A stretch of 64,000 nt of DNA from Flaccisagitta enflata. Taxonomy: Eukaryota. This document shows, piece by piece, positions 33,092 through 46,778 of this stretch. The notes under the pieces were generated by a model that saw nothing but the letters and a program-made list of their open reading frames with translations, did not search any database and was not told where the DNA came from. Numbering within the stretch: the stretch's first letter is position 1; every line of letters begins with the position of its first letter. A program made the position numbers and the translations under genes. The DNA is taken from the NCBI GenBank assembly GCA_965153355.1, contig OZ231126.1, positions 27,342,001 through 27,406,000 on the forward strand, in the 5' to 3' direction.

Positions 33092-36000
33092 ATGAAAACT
33101 GTATTGATGGTGGCTGAGAAGCCTTCTTTGGCCCAGTCACTCGCGTCTATTCTGTCGAACGGAAGTCATCATAGTCGAAAGGGTTTCAACGGCGCTTGTT
33201 CCGTTCACGAATGGACGGGACCATTCAACAGTTTCGGACAATGCAAATTCAAAATGACTTCCGTCTGTGGTCACGTGATGAGTCTCGATTTTCTAGGTTG
33301 GTCATTGTGATCACGTACTTCTTTAGTATAAGTGGTCAAGGAAATGAGCGATCTCCTTAAATGAACGTACAGTGGGAACCCGATTTAACGACCTTGAAGG
33401 GACTAAAGAATTTTGGTTGTTAAATCCGAGTGTTGTTAAATCGAATTTATAGTTTTAGAGGCATTTAGTTCAGATGGTTTTGAAATATGCTTTTATAAGT
33501 TTGTAGATGTATTAACGATAGTTTTTGTGCAACTGGCCAACAAACTAACATATAAAGCCAAAGATGGAATTAGCATAACATAATTTGTACATTATAGAAT
33601 GTCACATGTAATGAATTTCACATCAAATTGTTTCAAATAAAACAGATTATAAACCTCTTAGTTTATGATATGGCATTACTTTTGTAAAATATCTGTTTGA
33701 CACAGTCTATATTTATGATGGAGAGTTACAGTGCAAATTTGCAAAAGACAACAATTTTGCTTAAAATATTTACTTTCACATTGGGTATCATTATTAGAGG
33801 CAGAGAAAAAAAGAAAAAGGAGAGAGGTCTTTCTGTTTAATTTTTCAGCTCTTGTTTCAAATATTTGAGTGTTAATTTCTAACCTATTTCTATCTTGTAT
33901 TTTTTTTACAAATACGTTAGAGCATGTTAAGACCAATCAGTATTCAAATCAAAATTTTCAGTTAAAACTATCTACTTAGAATTTGATGTCACCAAATCAG
34001 GTTAAGGTCATCTATGGGACTTAAAAACAGTGACTTAAAATCAGGTTTGGATGTTAAATCAGGTGTTGTTAAATCGAATAAATTTAACATTACAAAAGCC
34101 TGCAAAAATTTGGGACTAAAGAAACTTGGCTGTTAAATCCGAAATGTCGTTGAATCAGGTGACGAAAATGCGGTAGTCCACTGTAATCCTAAAGTAGCCT
34201 AGGAAATCAGTGTTTCACTTGGATCGGGGTCAGGTTTGCTAGGAAATAAGATTGGGATTCATGGGATTGAGGAGAATTAAATACGATTTCAGCCATTTGC
34301 AATCAGTATTACATCGGTTGTCATTTTTGTTAAGTGCTAGGTTTAGGGACACATAGTATATTTCTCCTTGTTTGTCATTGCACTCAGCGAAGTACAACAA
34401 TTGGGACAAGACCGATCCTAGCGAATTGTTTCACGCTAACACTGAGAAGAAAGAAGCTACCGCCAAATTACAGGTTAGTGTAAACTGTGGAATGGGACAT
34501 CGATGCCTGCGCGGTTTAACGATGACGGTAGCGGTGCGGAAAGATGACTTTGTCGGGGCCTCGGCAGGAAACGATGACAATAGCGATGATGGCCATTGCT
34601 TTTCTTGTGTCAAATTGAGAGGGATTTATGACTATTTGTTCTTGGAGAGGAATTGATGGGCTTTTTTCTTGCGACAGCGATTGTGATAGAATGCTTTCCA
34701 CTTGTCGGTTTCTGTAGATGCCACGATTCTTAACTTCGGAAGGAAAGAACGTGGATGCGATCGTGCTGTGGTTGGATTGCGATAAAGAAGGAGAGAACAT
34801 TTGCTTCGAAGTTCTTGATTGCGTCCAGCCGGTGATGAACAGGAGCAATCGTGACCAAACCGTCTTTAGAGCCCACTTTTCAGCCATAACGGACTCCGAT
34901 ATCAAAGCGGCTTTCAGGTGAGATCGCCATGGAATATGGATTAACGGCCATTAACCAGAAGCTTGCGGTTGGGCTGGGGAAATGTGCTGGTGGGCAGGGG
35001 CAGTTAAGCGGGTTGATATGGGCTGTATGTTGGGGGGGAGGGGCTATAATGTTCCGAAGTCGCTGCCCCGGCCAATTGCGCCGCATCCAAAATTTCGCGT
35101 AACGGACCTTCGGACAGACACACCCGCGTAGTGGTGTAGGTAGCTAGATATCAATCGCTGCTCATGGCTCTTATCAGTCCCGTCAGTTCTGCCTCTTACA
35201 GTCGCATAGCAAGCGACTGAAAAACTACATCCTACTTTCTCCAAACTCAGAGAATAGGACTACCAAGTTACCAACTTGTTTCCCTGGCCTTGTAATTCTT
35301 CTCATCTTCTATAATATTAATTCTCCTACATTTTTATCAACAATTGTTTTTATTAATTCTACATTGTTTGCCCCATTTATCCCATCTTGTTCTCACCCCA
35401 CCTTCTCAGGGGTTTATATAATTGAGTGGCTTTTGATTTTTCCCCCCCTGCCTTTGATTTTCTTCCCCGCGATGCATCGCGTCGCATTTTTATATCTGAT
35501 TTTCTTCCCCATAGAGCAACAAGACTATGTAGTTAAAGATTAAATAGTGTTAAAATGTGTTTTTTTTTAATTAGGTTTTAAGATTTAGTACTGTCAATAG
35601 TTATATTTTCCCCAAATTTCTTTTTTTTTTTCTCTTTTTTTCCCTGTTTGATTTCCTTCCCCATCTCCAGACCCTTTGATTTCTCCCCTCTCACGGGGGG
35701 GGGGGACTTAATTATATACAGGCCTGCACCTTCTCACCCCTCCTGCTCCCATCGCCCCTTCTTTTCCTCCTCGCATTAGGAATTTGGGGGTCCCGAACAA
35801 GAACGAGGCTTTGGCGGTCGATGCTCGTCAAGAATTGGATTTGAGGATTGGCTGCGCCTTCACCCGATTTCAAACCAAATATTTTCAGGTTCGTGAGGTC
35901 GAGTCAATTGAAACCAGGTCAACCCTATTCTATAACACGAGCTTCCTCTCTCGAGTTTCATCCTCTCTGACCACCCTCCCCCCGCAGGGCAAGTACGGTG

Positions 36001-39000
36001 ATCTCGACTCCTCCTTAATCTCTTACGGTCCTTGTCAAACACCAACTCTGGGATTTTGCGTCGACAGGCATGATAAAATTCAATCATTCAAGCCGGAGCC
36101 TTTTTGGGTACCCCAAGTGAGTATCTTAAATTCTTTAATCTCCCACCGAGGTTAATAATTAATTGAAACGAATTGAATTTAAGCAGAGCCGATTTAAATG
36201 GAGAACAAACAACCAACACTCAATCGAAATCCAGAAGGCAGTGAAAATTATTACTGTATTTTCATTACGGTAGCTGTAAAGCAGAATAGGAGACGGTGGG
36301 GTAAAATGGGTCCCCTTGGGGTAAAATGCATCACTCACTTTATTCGGCCCTAGTATGAGTTTGAGCACAATTTCCCTTTTCATCGAAAACTAGACACAAT
36401 AAACCTTCCTAAGGAAGGCTTCCTTTATCATCAAAATTGGCAATGATTCTTTGATTCTTAGGGAAAAGTGGGTGACCCATTTTACCCACCTCTACCATAA
36501 TTTCTCAAGTTGTCTTTCCTCGTCTCCCTCTTCCTCCAAATTTCAGGTTGAAGTCGTAACATCGTCCGGAGCGTCGGCATTTCCAGAATGGGATCGCGTC
36601 CGTCTGTTCGACAAAGACGTCATGCATTTGTTCTTGACGCAAATTCGGTCCGCGTCCACCGCCAAAGTCACTTCCGTCGTGGCCAAGGAAAAGGCCAAGC
36701 AAAGACCGCAAGCGTTGAACACCGTCGAGTTGCTCAGGGTCGCCTCCTCCGCGCTGGGCATGAGTCCGCATCATACCATGCAGGTTGATTACCGTGATAT
36801 GCGGATATAAGTCTATACGCGTTGAAGCTATGTTTCGACTCTGGAAAATTTGTGTCGCTCTGAATGTTTTGTCATGAACTGTCCCTGTAATTTCGCATTG
36901 AATACACGCACTTGGCTGAGTAACAACCTTCTTTATAACAACGTTGAGGCTCAAAATGTCAAAAAAATAAGAACATTTCTAGCAACATCGTCAGCCTCAG
37001 AAAATCAAAAATATAACAACATTTCATCCTCAAGTCCAACTAATAACAATTTTTTTCTCAGATTTGCTATAACTTCCGTTGCATTCAATTGTAACATTTG
37101 GCGGTTTCATAGAAGAGGTGACTTTTTCTACTGTATTTCAGTTTAAAACAATATTTTGTTCCTGATTTTGAATGGTTGTTCTCCTTTATCGGGAAAAAAG
37201 TCGAAGTCAGTCTTCGACTTTTTGACATATTCGAGAGAAACAGGGTTTTCATTTTCTTATGGGAAAGTTGTGCATCTCATTCGGCTGATTGGGGCCTCCA
37301 ATGAAATTTATAGGGTAAGTAAATTTGATTATTCTCTTTCATTTGGCACCAAGCAGAATTCTCTACGACAAATATTTTTCGCGCTATGATTTTTTAAAGA
37401 TTTATTTATGAAAATTGCGAATGGAATTTTTTCGATTTTTTATGATTTTGAGTAGGATCAAAAAAGGAGTGTATCTATGTTTGTTTGAGCATGCAAATAC
37501 AACAAAACATGTTTATGAGAATTGCTGCTCATCTGTAAGGAGAATTCTAGCTCATTTAGCTCATTTAGCTCAGTTTTTTTTTTATTTAAACGTGATAAAT
37601 GAATAGATATTTTGATACATATTTAAGAAAGCAGATACAAAAAGCATATCAGTGAGCATAACTGCTCATCTGTGAGGGTGTTTTTAAGCATTTTAGCTCA
37701 CTTAGCTCATTTAGCTCAGTCTTTTTTTTCTGATTTTTAATGGGATAAATAAGTGTTTTGATAGGAGCATGTAAATACAAGAAAGCATGTCAGTGAGCAT
37801 AGCGGATTGTCTGGTTGAATGATTTTGAGCATTTTAGCTCATCTAGCTCATTTGGCTTGGTCCTTTTTTTCTCTGATTTTCAGTGCAATCAATACAATTG
37901 CTCTAGATTTAATCTAATTGAAAAAAAGATTTGCAGTGACTAAAGATAAAAGCTTGGTGAAAAGAGACCAATGCTTACGACTTTTTTCCTCACGGCGACA
38001 GCCGCCATTACTGGTACCCTAGATCCCTGTCATTCCAGAGAAAGCAGCGAAAGGAATGATGGTACAAATTATCCTTATCAATCGCTATGTATTAGAAGAC
38101 TGATGAGAAAAAAATAACAACAGTTTAGCAACGGTTTGAGCCTCATATCGTCTTTCAAATAACAACATTGAGCCTCAGAAAAAAATAACCCGTTGTTACT
38201 CAGCCAAGTGCAGGGGGGCAGCGGTGGCCGAGAGGTTAGAGGGTATGGCTCGAGAATTGATCGTTTACAATCGTTTACAATCGTTTACAATCTCTCTCGA
38301 GCGTACCGGGTTCGAATCCTGCACATTCTTGGGCTCTCGGCGTAAGTCGAGCGCCCGTGAATAGGCCCGGCTGTAACCTGGTGAAAACCATTCAGAATTC
38401 AAAGGAGAAGGAGGACTCCTGATAGGCTCCCACCTGCACACACAGCCGACCGCAAAAATAGAATGTGTTATTAATTGGGTAACCCTGAGTAACTCATCGG
38501 GCTCAAGACGAAGGTTGAGAGTTCGAGGTGTTAAAGGAGGAGAATCCTAGGCGCTGGGATATCTGGGCGAAGGTCCGGAATTCTAGCATAGGAAACAAAT
38601 GCCCACTGTAATCAACACGGTGTTTCGGTAACCCCCCGCCGTCACCAGCCCGAAGCACGTAGGAGCTCGCTCGCTGTGTATGGGTAAAAATCTTAAAAAA
38701 AAAAAAAAAAAAAATTCTCTATTTGTCTTAGGTAGCGGAACGACTTTACACGCAAGGATTTATCAGTTACCCACGAACAGAAACCACGCATTACCCGGAA
38801 AACTTCGACTTGCGATCTCCGCTCAAGGCACAGCAAGGCAACTCTATCTGGGGATCATACGTCAGGGATTTGCTCAGCAGCGGTAAGAATTTTCATTTGA
38901 GTGTGGATTCGCGGGTTGGACGCTTTTGAGAATTTGTTAAAGATGCTGATTACAGAATGCTTTCGAAAATTACATGGAATGACAGGAATTACGGACTATT

Positions 39001-40189
39001 GTACAGGTTTTGTCGATGTAACTTTTCGAAGTTAGTACATTTAAAATCTTCTTGTCATTTCCCAAGTTTCACCTATTCGATGTTCCATCACCCAGGCATT
39101 AACCGGCCTCGCAAAGGAACTGACGCCGGTGACCATCCGCCGATCACGCCCATGAGGTCGGCCTCGGAGTCGGAACTAGGTCACGACGGCTGGCGATTAT
39201 ACGAATACATCACCAAACACTTTATCGCCACCGTCTCTTACGACTGCAAATACTTGCAAACGACCGCGCATTTTCTCATTGGTGAGCTTTTTTGGACGTA
39301 GCCTGTTCGTATGATTACTAAATTTGGTTTGTATTTCTTTTATTGAGACTTGAGTTATATTTTCAATTGTACACTTTTTTCATTTTATAAGCACGCAACT
39401 TTTTTGGCTGAGGCTGAGCGTGCTTAGCAAAATCCTGTTTTTCAGGCTTAAATGTGCTTAAATGCGTGCTTATCACATATTGGTGTACAATTAACCAATT
39501 TAGTAGTTTTGAATAGTTTAAAGTAGAATACAGTAAAGAATATATTCAGTACAAAATATAAACAGTATCTTTCATTAATATGTAAGTATCTTGAATGAAT
39601 AAAAACTTTTTTAAAATGATATTTAATATTATGATAAATTGTCATTATGTGGGGCTTATTTATACTTTGTTACAGACATGACTGTTAATTTACAATCATA
39701 TCAAAGCATCAAATCATTATAATAATTTATAATTAGATATTATAAGAAATGTTTTTATGAAATTTCAAGAAATTGAATTGTTTTTTCTGTATAAAAATCC
39801 TAAATTGAAGGTTAAGCTTGATCATGGGTATTTTTACAAACTGAAATATCAAAATGAGAACATACTGAAATCATTTTAAAGTGTAAATTCTAATCATAGA
39901 AGTAATTATTAATTTTTTAAAAAATTTTAACAGAATAAAAAATTTTCATATCAATATTGTTTTTACCAATTTTTTTTTCACTGGAAATTCTCAGCCTGGA
40001 GCGTGCTTAGCATTGTGCTTGGATTTTTCAAATATTTGAGGCTGGGCGTGCTTATAAACTAGGTGCTTATAAAATGAATTAAGTGTATCTTGAATTCTTG
40101 ATGAGTCTCTCACTCACTTACTCCTCCCCCCCCCCACACACACTCCTCCCCCCATCCTCACACTCTCTCTCTCACTCATTCTCTTTCCT

Positions 40190-40241
<52 letters not shown>

Positions 40242-40265
40242 TCATTTTTTCTTTCTTTCATTTTT

Positions 40266-40300
<35 letters not shown>

Positions 40301-40501
40301 CACTCACTCACTCACTCGCTCACTCGCTCAACCCACACACTCTCTCACCCACCCACACACTCTCTCACTTAGTCTTACACACACACTTTCACACACACAC
40401 ACACACGCACGCTCACTCACTCACTCACTCACTCACTCACTCACACACACTCTCACGCTCTCACACTCTCACACACACACTCTCTCACTCACTCATTCAC
40501 A

Positions 40502-40569
<68 letters not shown>

Positions 40570-43558
40570 CACACTCTCCACCTTTTCATCTGATCCTTAC
40601 AGGTGGTGAATCTTTCACTTTGGTCGGAAAAACTCCTTTAGAGCCCGGCTTTACCGCGGTCTTGTCCCATCAAGCGATCACGGGTGAAGAAACGATTCCT
40701 CAGGTGAGCGAGGAAGCGCGGATCGCCTGTAATCTCCGATGACCGTATGCCCTATCTTCCTCGTCTAAGATGAGAGCGATGATAAAATCGATGATTTTGG
40801 CGGCTTGCTTTTGAGAACATTCATCAGGACTATTAGCGATAATCAGTGCCTTTTTTCCTGTGACCGCGGAAAATGGGTAACTGATTTTACCCCCACCCTA
40901 CAAGGCCTAGGCCTTCATTAATTTGCAAATCTCCTGACATTCTCCGATTTTCCGTCTCTTCTCAGTTTCTAAACGGAGACAGTCTGCCCGTGAAGGAAGT
41001 GAAGCTCTTGGAGAAACAAACTTCGCCTCCCGACTATTTAACGGAATCTGAATTAATTACGTTGATGGAGAAGCACGGGATTGGCACGGACGCCTCCATC
41101 CCAGTCCACATCAACAACATCTGCGAGAGGAATTACGTTGTCGTCTCCGCCGGCAGAAAACTCATTCCCAATCCTTTGGGGATCGTACTTATTCACGGGT
41201 ATGAGTCGAACCAAAAACCTTGCGTTGACGAACGCTGCTTCACAGTTCACACAGTGATTACGATGCTTTGAAGTCTGGATAAATTTGTCAGTAGGTGAAA
41301 TTGAAAATGTTGTCCTCTATATGTTGTTGAACAGCTACAAAAAGATCGACCCGGAGTTGTGTTTACCAACGATGCGGGCGGCCGTGGAAGAACAATTGAA
41401 TCTCATCGCTGCCGGAAAAGTAAGCCTCGTGGTTTCATTTCTTGGCGAACTTAAGAAAAGATTCCTGCTGAACATACATCGTCTTTCTTTTTTCTTTGCG
41501 TCATCCAACTTAGATTCGAAGGGGCGGAGCCCACCAACATGCAGCATTGGGACGAATAGACTTCCAAACGGACAGACCCTCTTCTACAGATACTATGATG
41601 CCTCTGAATACAATGTCCGCTTACATGTTGACTTAAAAATTTCTCTCGTATTTCTCCAGGTTCATTTTACGGCGGTACTCAAGCACGCCATCGAAATTTT
41701 CGAGCGCAAATTCCATTATTTTGTTCAAACGATCGAAGGCATGGACCAATTATTCGAAGTGACTTTTTCGCCACTGGCTAGCTCCGGCAAACCGCTCTCA
41801 AGATGCGGCAAATGCAAAAGATTCATGAAATACGTCGACGCTAAACCACATCGATTGCACTGCGCCACCTGTAATGACACTTACTCGTTGCCTCCGGTAA
41901 GAAAAATTTCTCGAGGCTCAACTGATACCTTTATTTCGTCATGCTTCACCATGCTAGAGACAATTAATAAAATTGTTCAATGACATTTCGTTCACTCCTA
42001 ATGCCATAGTTTAATTGAACTCATCTCCGTCTATGCGTTACAGAATGGTGCCATCAAACTGAACCAAGAACAAAAATGTCCCCTCGACGAATTCGAATTG
42101 GTGTTATGGTCGTCTGGTTCGAAAGGAAAATCTTACTCTATCTGTCCATTTTGTTACTCCAATCCACCGTTTAAGGTTTGATGAAATTGTATATCGCTTT
42201 CTTTATGTACCGCTACTTTTCTGAATGAGTGATAATTCAGTGAGTAGGCTAAGCGATACCCTCAAATCCTCGATTCTGTTCGATGATTATGACTAGAATT
42301 TACATTTTTGTTCAGGACATGCGCAAAGGTCAGGGATGCAATCAGTGCACGCATCCGGCTTGTAAACATTCATTAAACTCACTGGGAGTCGGCGAGTGTT
42401 TCGAATGCGATTCGGGCGTCTTAGTTTTAGACGCATCCTCCGCGCCCAAATGGAAACTTGCCTGCAACAAATGTAATCTCGTCGTTGCGCTCTTTGAAAA
42501 CGCACACAAGGTGATGATGATACCGCATTTGACATTAAGATTGATGGATTGAGAGGTCCGTTTGCTCTCCTGAATTTGTACTAGTAATGGCGGCTGTCGC
42601 CGTGAGGTAAAAAGTCGTAAGCATTGGTCACTTTTAATCACATTTTTGTCTCTACCACGCGAATAAAAAAAAAGACGCACTTTTAAATGGTTAATTTAGC
42701 CAATAAATCTTCAAAAAACTATAAAAAATCTTAGGTCATTTTAAAGCCCTTTGAAAGTATTTTCATATGGCGCCAATCTGGTATTGCTATCTTTTTTCGT
42801 TTAGAAATGGCATCAGTTTGAGTAAAAATGTTACCTATTTCAGTTTCGCAATTCCTATTAAAAAAATGCATTTTAGCAAAATAGTGTTTTTCTTTGCAGA
42901 GCTCTAGCTCCCAAACCGTTTGAGATACAGATCTGGGATTGGTCTAGAATGAAAGATTTTTTGAAAATCTTTCAAAATGTCTCTCTTGAAAATAGATAAA
43001 ATTATTATTTTTATTTGTTTTCTCAATTAATAGATAGGTGCGTCTTTTTTTTTGATCCAAGTGGTAGTCTCTGCAATTCTTTTATTTTATAGATCAAATC
43101 AAGAGCAATTGTATGTATTGATTGCACTGAAAATCAGAGAAAACTAGGACTGAGCCAAATGAGCTAGATGAGTTAAATTCCTCAAAATCACACAACCTGA
43201 CAACCAGCTATGCTCATTGATATGCATTTAGGGTGGCAGAAACAGGGGCACGCGGGGCACGTCGTGCCTCGGACCAATAGATCAAAAGTCGGAATTATAA
43301 ATTTGAGGGAAAGAAAAACAAGGCCGGATACACGGCCACCAGTTGCGGACGGGTGGGCAGGGGCGGAAATGCGCGTTTTACCACTTTTCAACTCGAGCGT
43401 GACGGACCGACCGACCGACGGACCGACCGACGGACGGACAAAGCCTCTTATAGAGTTGCGTGTCCGCAACTAAAAAGAGGGAGAAGAAAAAAAAAAGAGA
43501 AAGGGAAAAAGAGAGAGAGGAGGAGAGAAAGAGAGAAAGAAAGAGAAAGAAAGAAACA

Positions 43559-43630
<72 letters not shown>

Positions 43631-46600
43631 ATGTAAGAAAGATCTGAAGAGTAAAAACGATGTTTTTAAGTGCGCTAAAGTTGGAGCCGTGTCCGTTGGT
43701 CAGTTGGTTGATTGATTGGTCGGTTATTAGTCAGTAACGCAAATGTTTGATGAACCACACGGCGTACCTACTTTGCCTACTTGGCCTTGTTCACGTCACA
43801 AGTTAAATTTACTTGCCAACACTTTGGGCCACAAATTGTCAAATTAGCAATTATCAGCAAAATTTAATTTAATTCCATATTGGGAATGATCATTTATAAT
43901 CCCTGTTTTTGCTTACAGAATATTTTTAGGTGCGTCCTCGCACTTCTATAAGAGGTCATGTCCATTGGTTGGTCGGTTGGTTGGTCGGTAACGCAAACAT
44001 TTGAAATGTGCAAAACGGCTGATCCTGACGTTTTTCTTCCTCCTATCACCTCTCATGCTTTACCACATTCATTTTCATTCATTCATTCATTCATTCGTTC
44101 ATTCATCAAAAACGTTCATTCACAAATTCTTAATCAAGCGAGGCGCCCTTATTGGCCATATTAGGTATTGTAAAGAGGAATATACGCTTAGGGAAGTTGT
44201 ATGACAAGTGGAACAATATCCCTCACCATACCCAAACTGAAATAAATGGAAGAGGGCCTTGACCTTGAGAACCCCCGCTGATTACTTATTACGCGCACCA
44301 CTCCAAGTTTTCCATAAAACACATTCAGAAAAACAAACTTTCTCAATCTAACCTATGAGTTTGAGATCATCATTTCTTAGGCCTAAACATTAACAGCTCT
44401 CAGAAATATATAAAAATTATCATTTCCTCTTGTCCATTTTAAACTAGACCAATATTGACCTGAGGAATCAACTCAGACCGTTAAAAATGCTCTTAGGTCA
44501 ATTTTTCGATCCCCATGGCCTAAGGTTCTTAGGTCAAAAACCATATAATTATAAGTTAAAATTTTCAAAATTTGAAATGTGCATATCTGATTGCAGATTC
44601 AGAATCTTTGTAAATAACTGTATGTTGAAAGTGCCTTCCTTTTTTTTGAAATTCTGACCAGAACACTGTCAAAATTGACGTTTTAGGTCAAAATTAGCAA
44701 AATTTTAACAAGAGCGCAATTCTTACTCTATTTATACCTTCAACGTCAAATTTGACAATGTTCTTATTAGAATTTTGAAAAAAGGAGGACACTTTTAACA
44801 GGCAGTTTTTTACAAGGATTCTGAATCTACAATCAAATATGTATATTTCCCATTTTGAAAATTTGACCTTATATGGTTTTTGACCTGAGAACCTTAGGCC
44901 ATGGGGATCGAAAAATTGACCTGAAAACATTTGATAGTCTGAGTGGATTCCCCACCTCAATGGATGATAGCAAGTCATGATTTTTGATATTGCTTTTGAA
45001 CAGAATCTGTATCAATTTGAGTCTAGATTTTTTTTTCAATCAATTTCATTCTCGAAGCTTAAATTCTTTTACCTATTTTATTGAATGAAATTGTATTTAA
45101 GAAGTAGGACAATGAATTGAACCAAAAAGCAATGTCAGTCATTTCTACAGAAGTCAACTGTATTTTTTGTTGAAATTTAAAATCCATTTTCCAAATTGTC
45201 TTTGCTTATCTACTTGATGTCTCGGTTTAGCTTTGCTCATGGGTAAGAAGGCAGAAAAACATGATGAATCTGATAGTATGTGATATTACAAGGGGAACAC
45301 CGAAAGTCGGACTTATAGCGTTGGGAAAAAAGCGTGCCTCGGACCTATAGAATTTTCTGCCTCCCTGTGCATTTTTATATTTGCATGCTTACATTCAAAC
45401 ATTTATTTATCTTATTTAAAATTAGATAAAAAAACTGAGCTAAATAAGTTAGTATACTCAATAACAACCTCATAGATGAGCAGCTATGCTCACTGACATG
45501 CTTTCTTGTGTTTGCATGCTCAAACTTGCTTCAAAAATTTTCATTTATCCCATTTTAAGTCAGAAAAAAATGATTGAGCCAAATGAGCTAATTGAGCTAG
45601 AATACTGAAAAAAAAAACACAGATGAGCAGCTCTGCTCATAGAGATGTTTTCTTACATTTGTATGCTCAAACAAACATCAATACACTTCTTTATTGATAC
45701 TTCTCCAAATCTTTAAAATAGAAATAAATTTAATTTGAATTTTTTATAAAAAAGATCTTCAAAAAATCAAATCCAAAAATATTTGTCCTAGAACATTCTG
45801 CTTGGCGCCAACTAAAAGAGAATTATCAAATTTACTCACCCTATAAATTTCATCGGAGGCTCCATTTAGTCAGATGAGATTCTTAACTTCTATAAGAAAA
45901 TGAAAACTATGATTCTCTGGAACAGGGTGGCAGAAAATTCTATAGGTCCGAGAAACGCTTTTTTTCCAATGATATAACACGATTCGTAATGAATGGGATA
46001 TACATATACGAACAGACCATCGTCCAATTCTTTGTCATTCCATCCCAAAATTGTGTGCTGAATGCCGGTAAACCGTCGCAAAATATTTTCAACTGTAATA
46101 TTTTTGTGATTTTGCTAATCTTTAGACCCTTCTCGTTGGTGGAAATGGAAAAATATTTGGTCAACATTCTGCTCAGTTTTGTTATCAAAACGACATCTTA
46201 CTCAACAGCAGACTATGCTCTTAGTAGATTTCTAGTTGCGGACACGCTACTCTATAAGAGGCTTTGTCCGTCCGCCCATCTGTCCATCCGTCTGTCCGTC
46301 CATTGGTCCGTCCATGAGTGAGAGTCCAAAAGTAGGGAAACAAGCATTTTAGAGGCTTTTTATGTATATGTCTGTAATGGAAAGGGGTTGGGTGGGGCAT
46401 TGGGTATAGATGGGGGTAACGGTCGGCGGGCACCCGCTTTTAACCTACCGTCGGTTTGTTAATAGCTATTACCCGGTTTATCGGTAACTACAAATTGATG
46501 CGGTTACGATCGATTATGACCAATGATCTATCTCCTCTTCCTCTTTCTCCTCCTCTTCTTCTTCCTCCTAGCAGTAAGTCGCTGGTAAACTCAACATTTC

Positions 46601-46715
46601 TGTATGTTCTATGTCTATCTATTTCATCCTGTCTGTCTGTCTATCTCTCTGTGTGACATGACTTTTTGTCTATCTGTCTGTCTATCTGTCTGTCTATCTG
46701 TCTGTCTGTCTGTCC

Positions 46716-46778
<63 letters not shown>

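Noticed and set aside
38099-38112. CTGATGA..GAAA hammerhead-like core
   Set aside because: No room for stem II and no flanking stems; chance match.
38213-38325. Possible functional tRNA gene
   Set aside because: No proper acceptor stem or anticodon loop; continues into a long body and poly(A) tail, so called a SINE.
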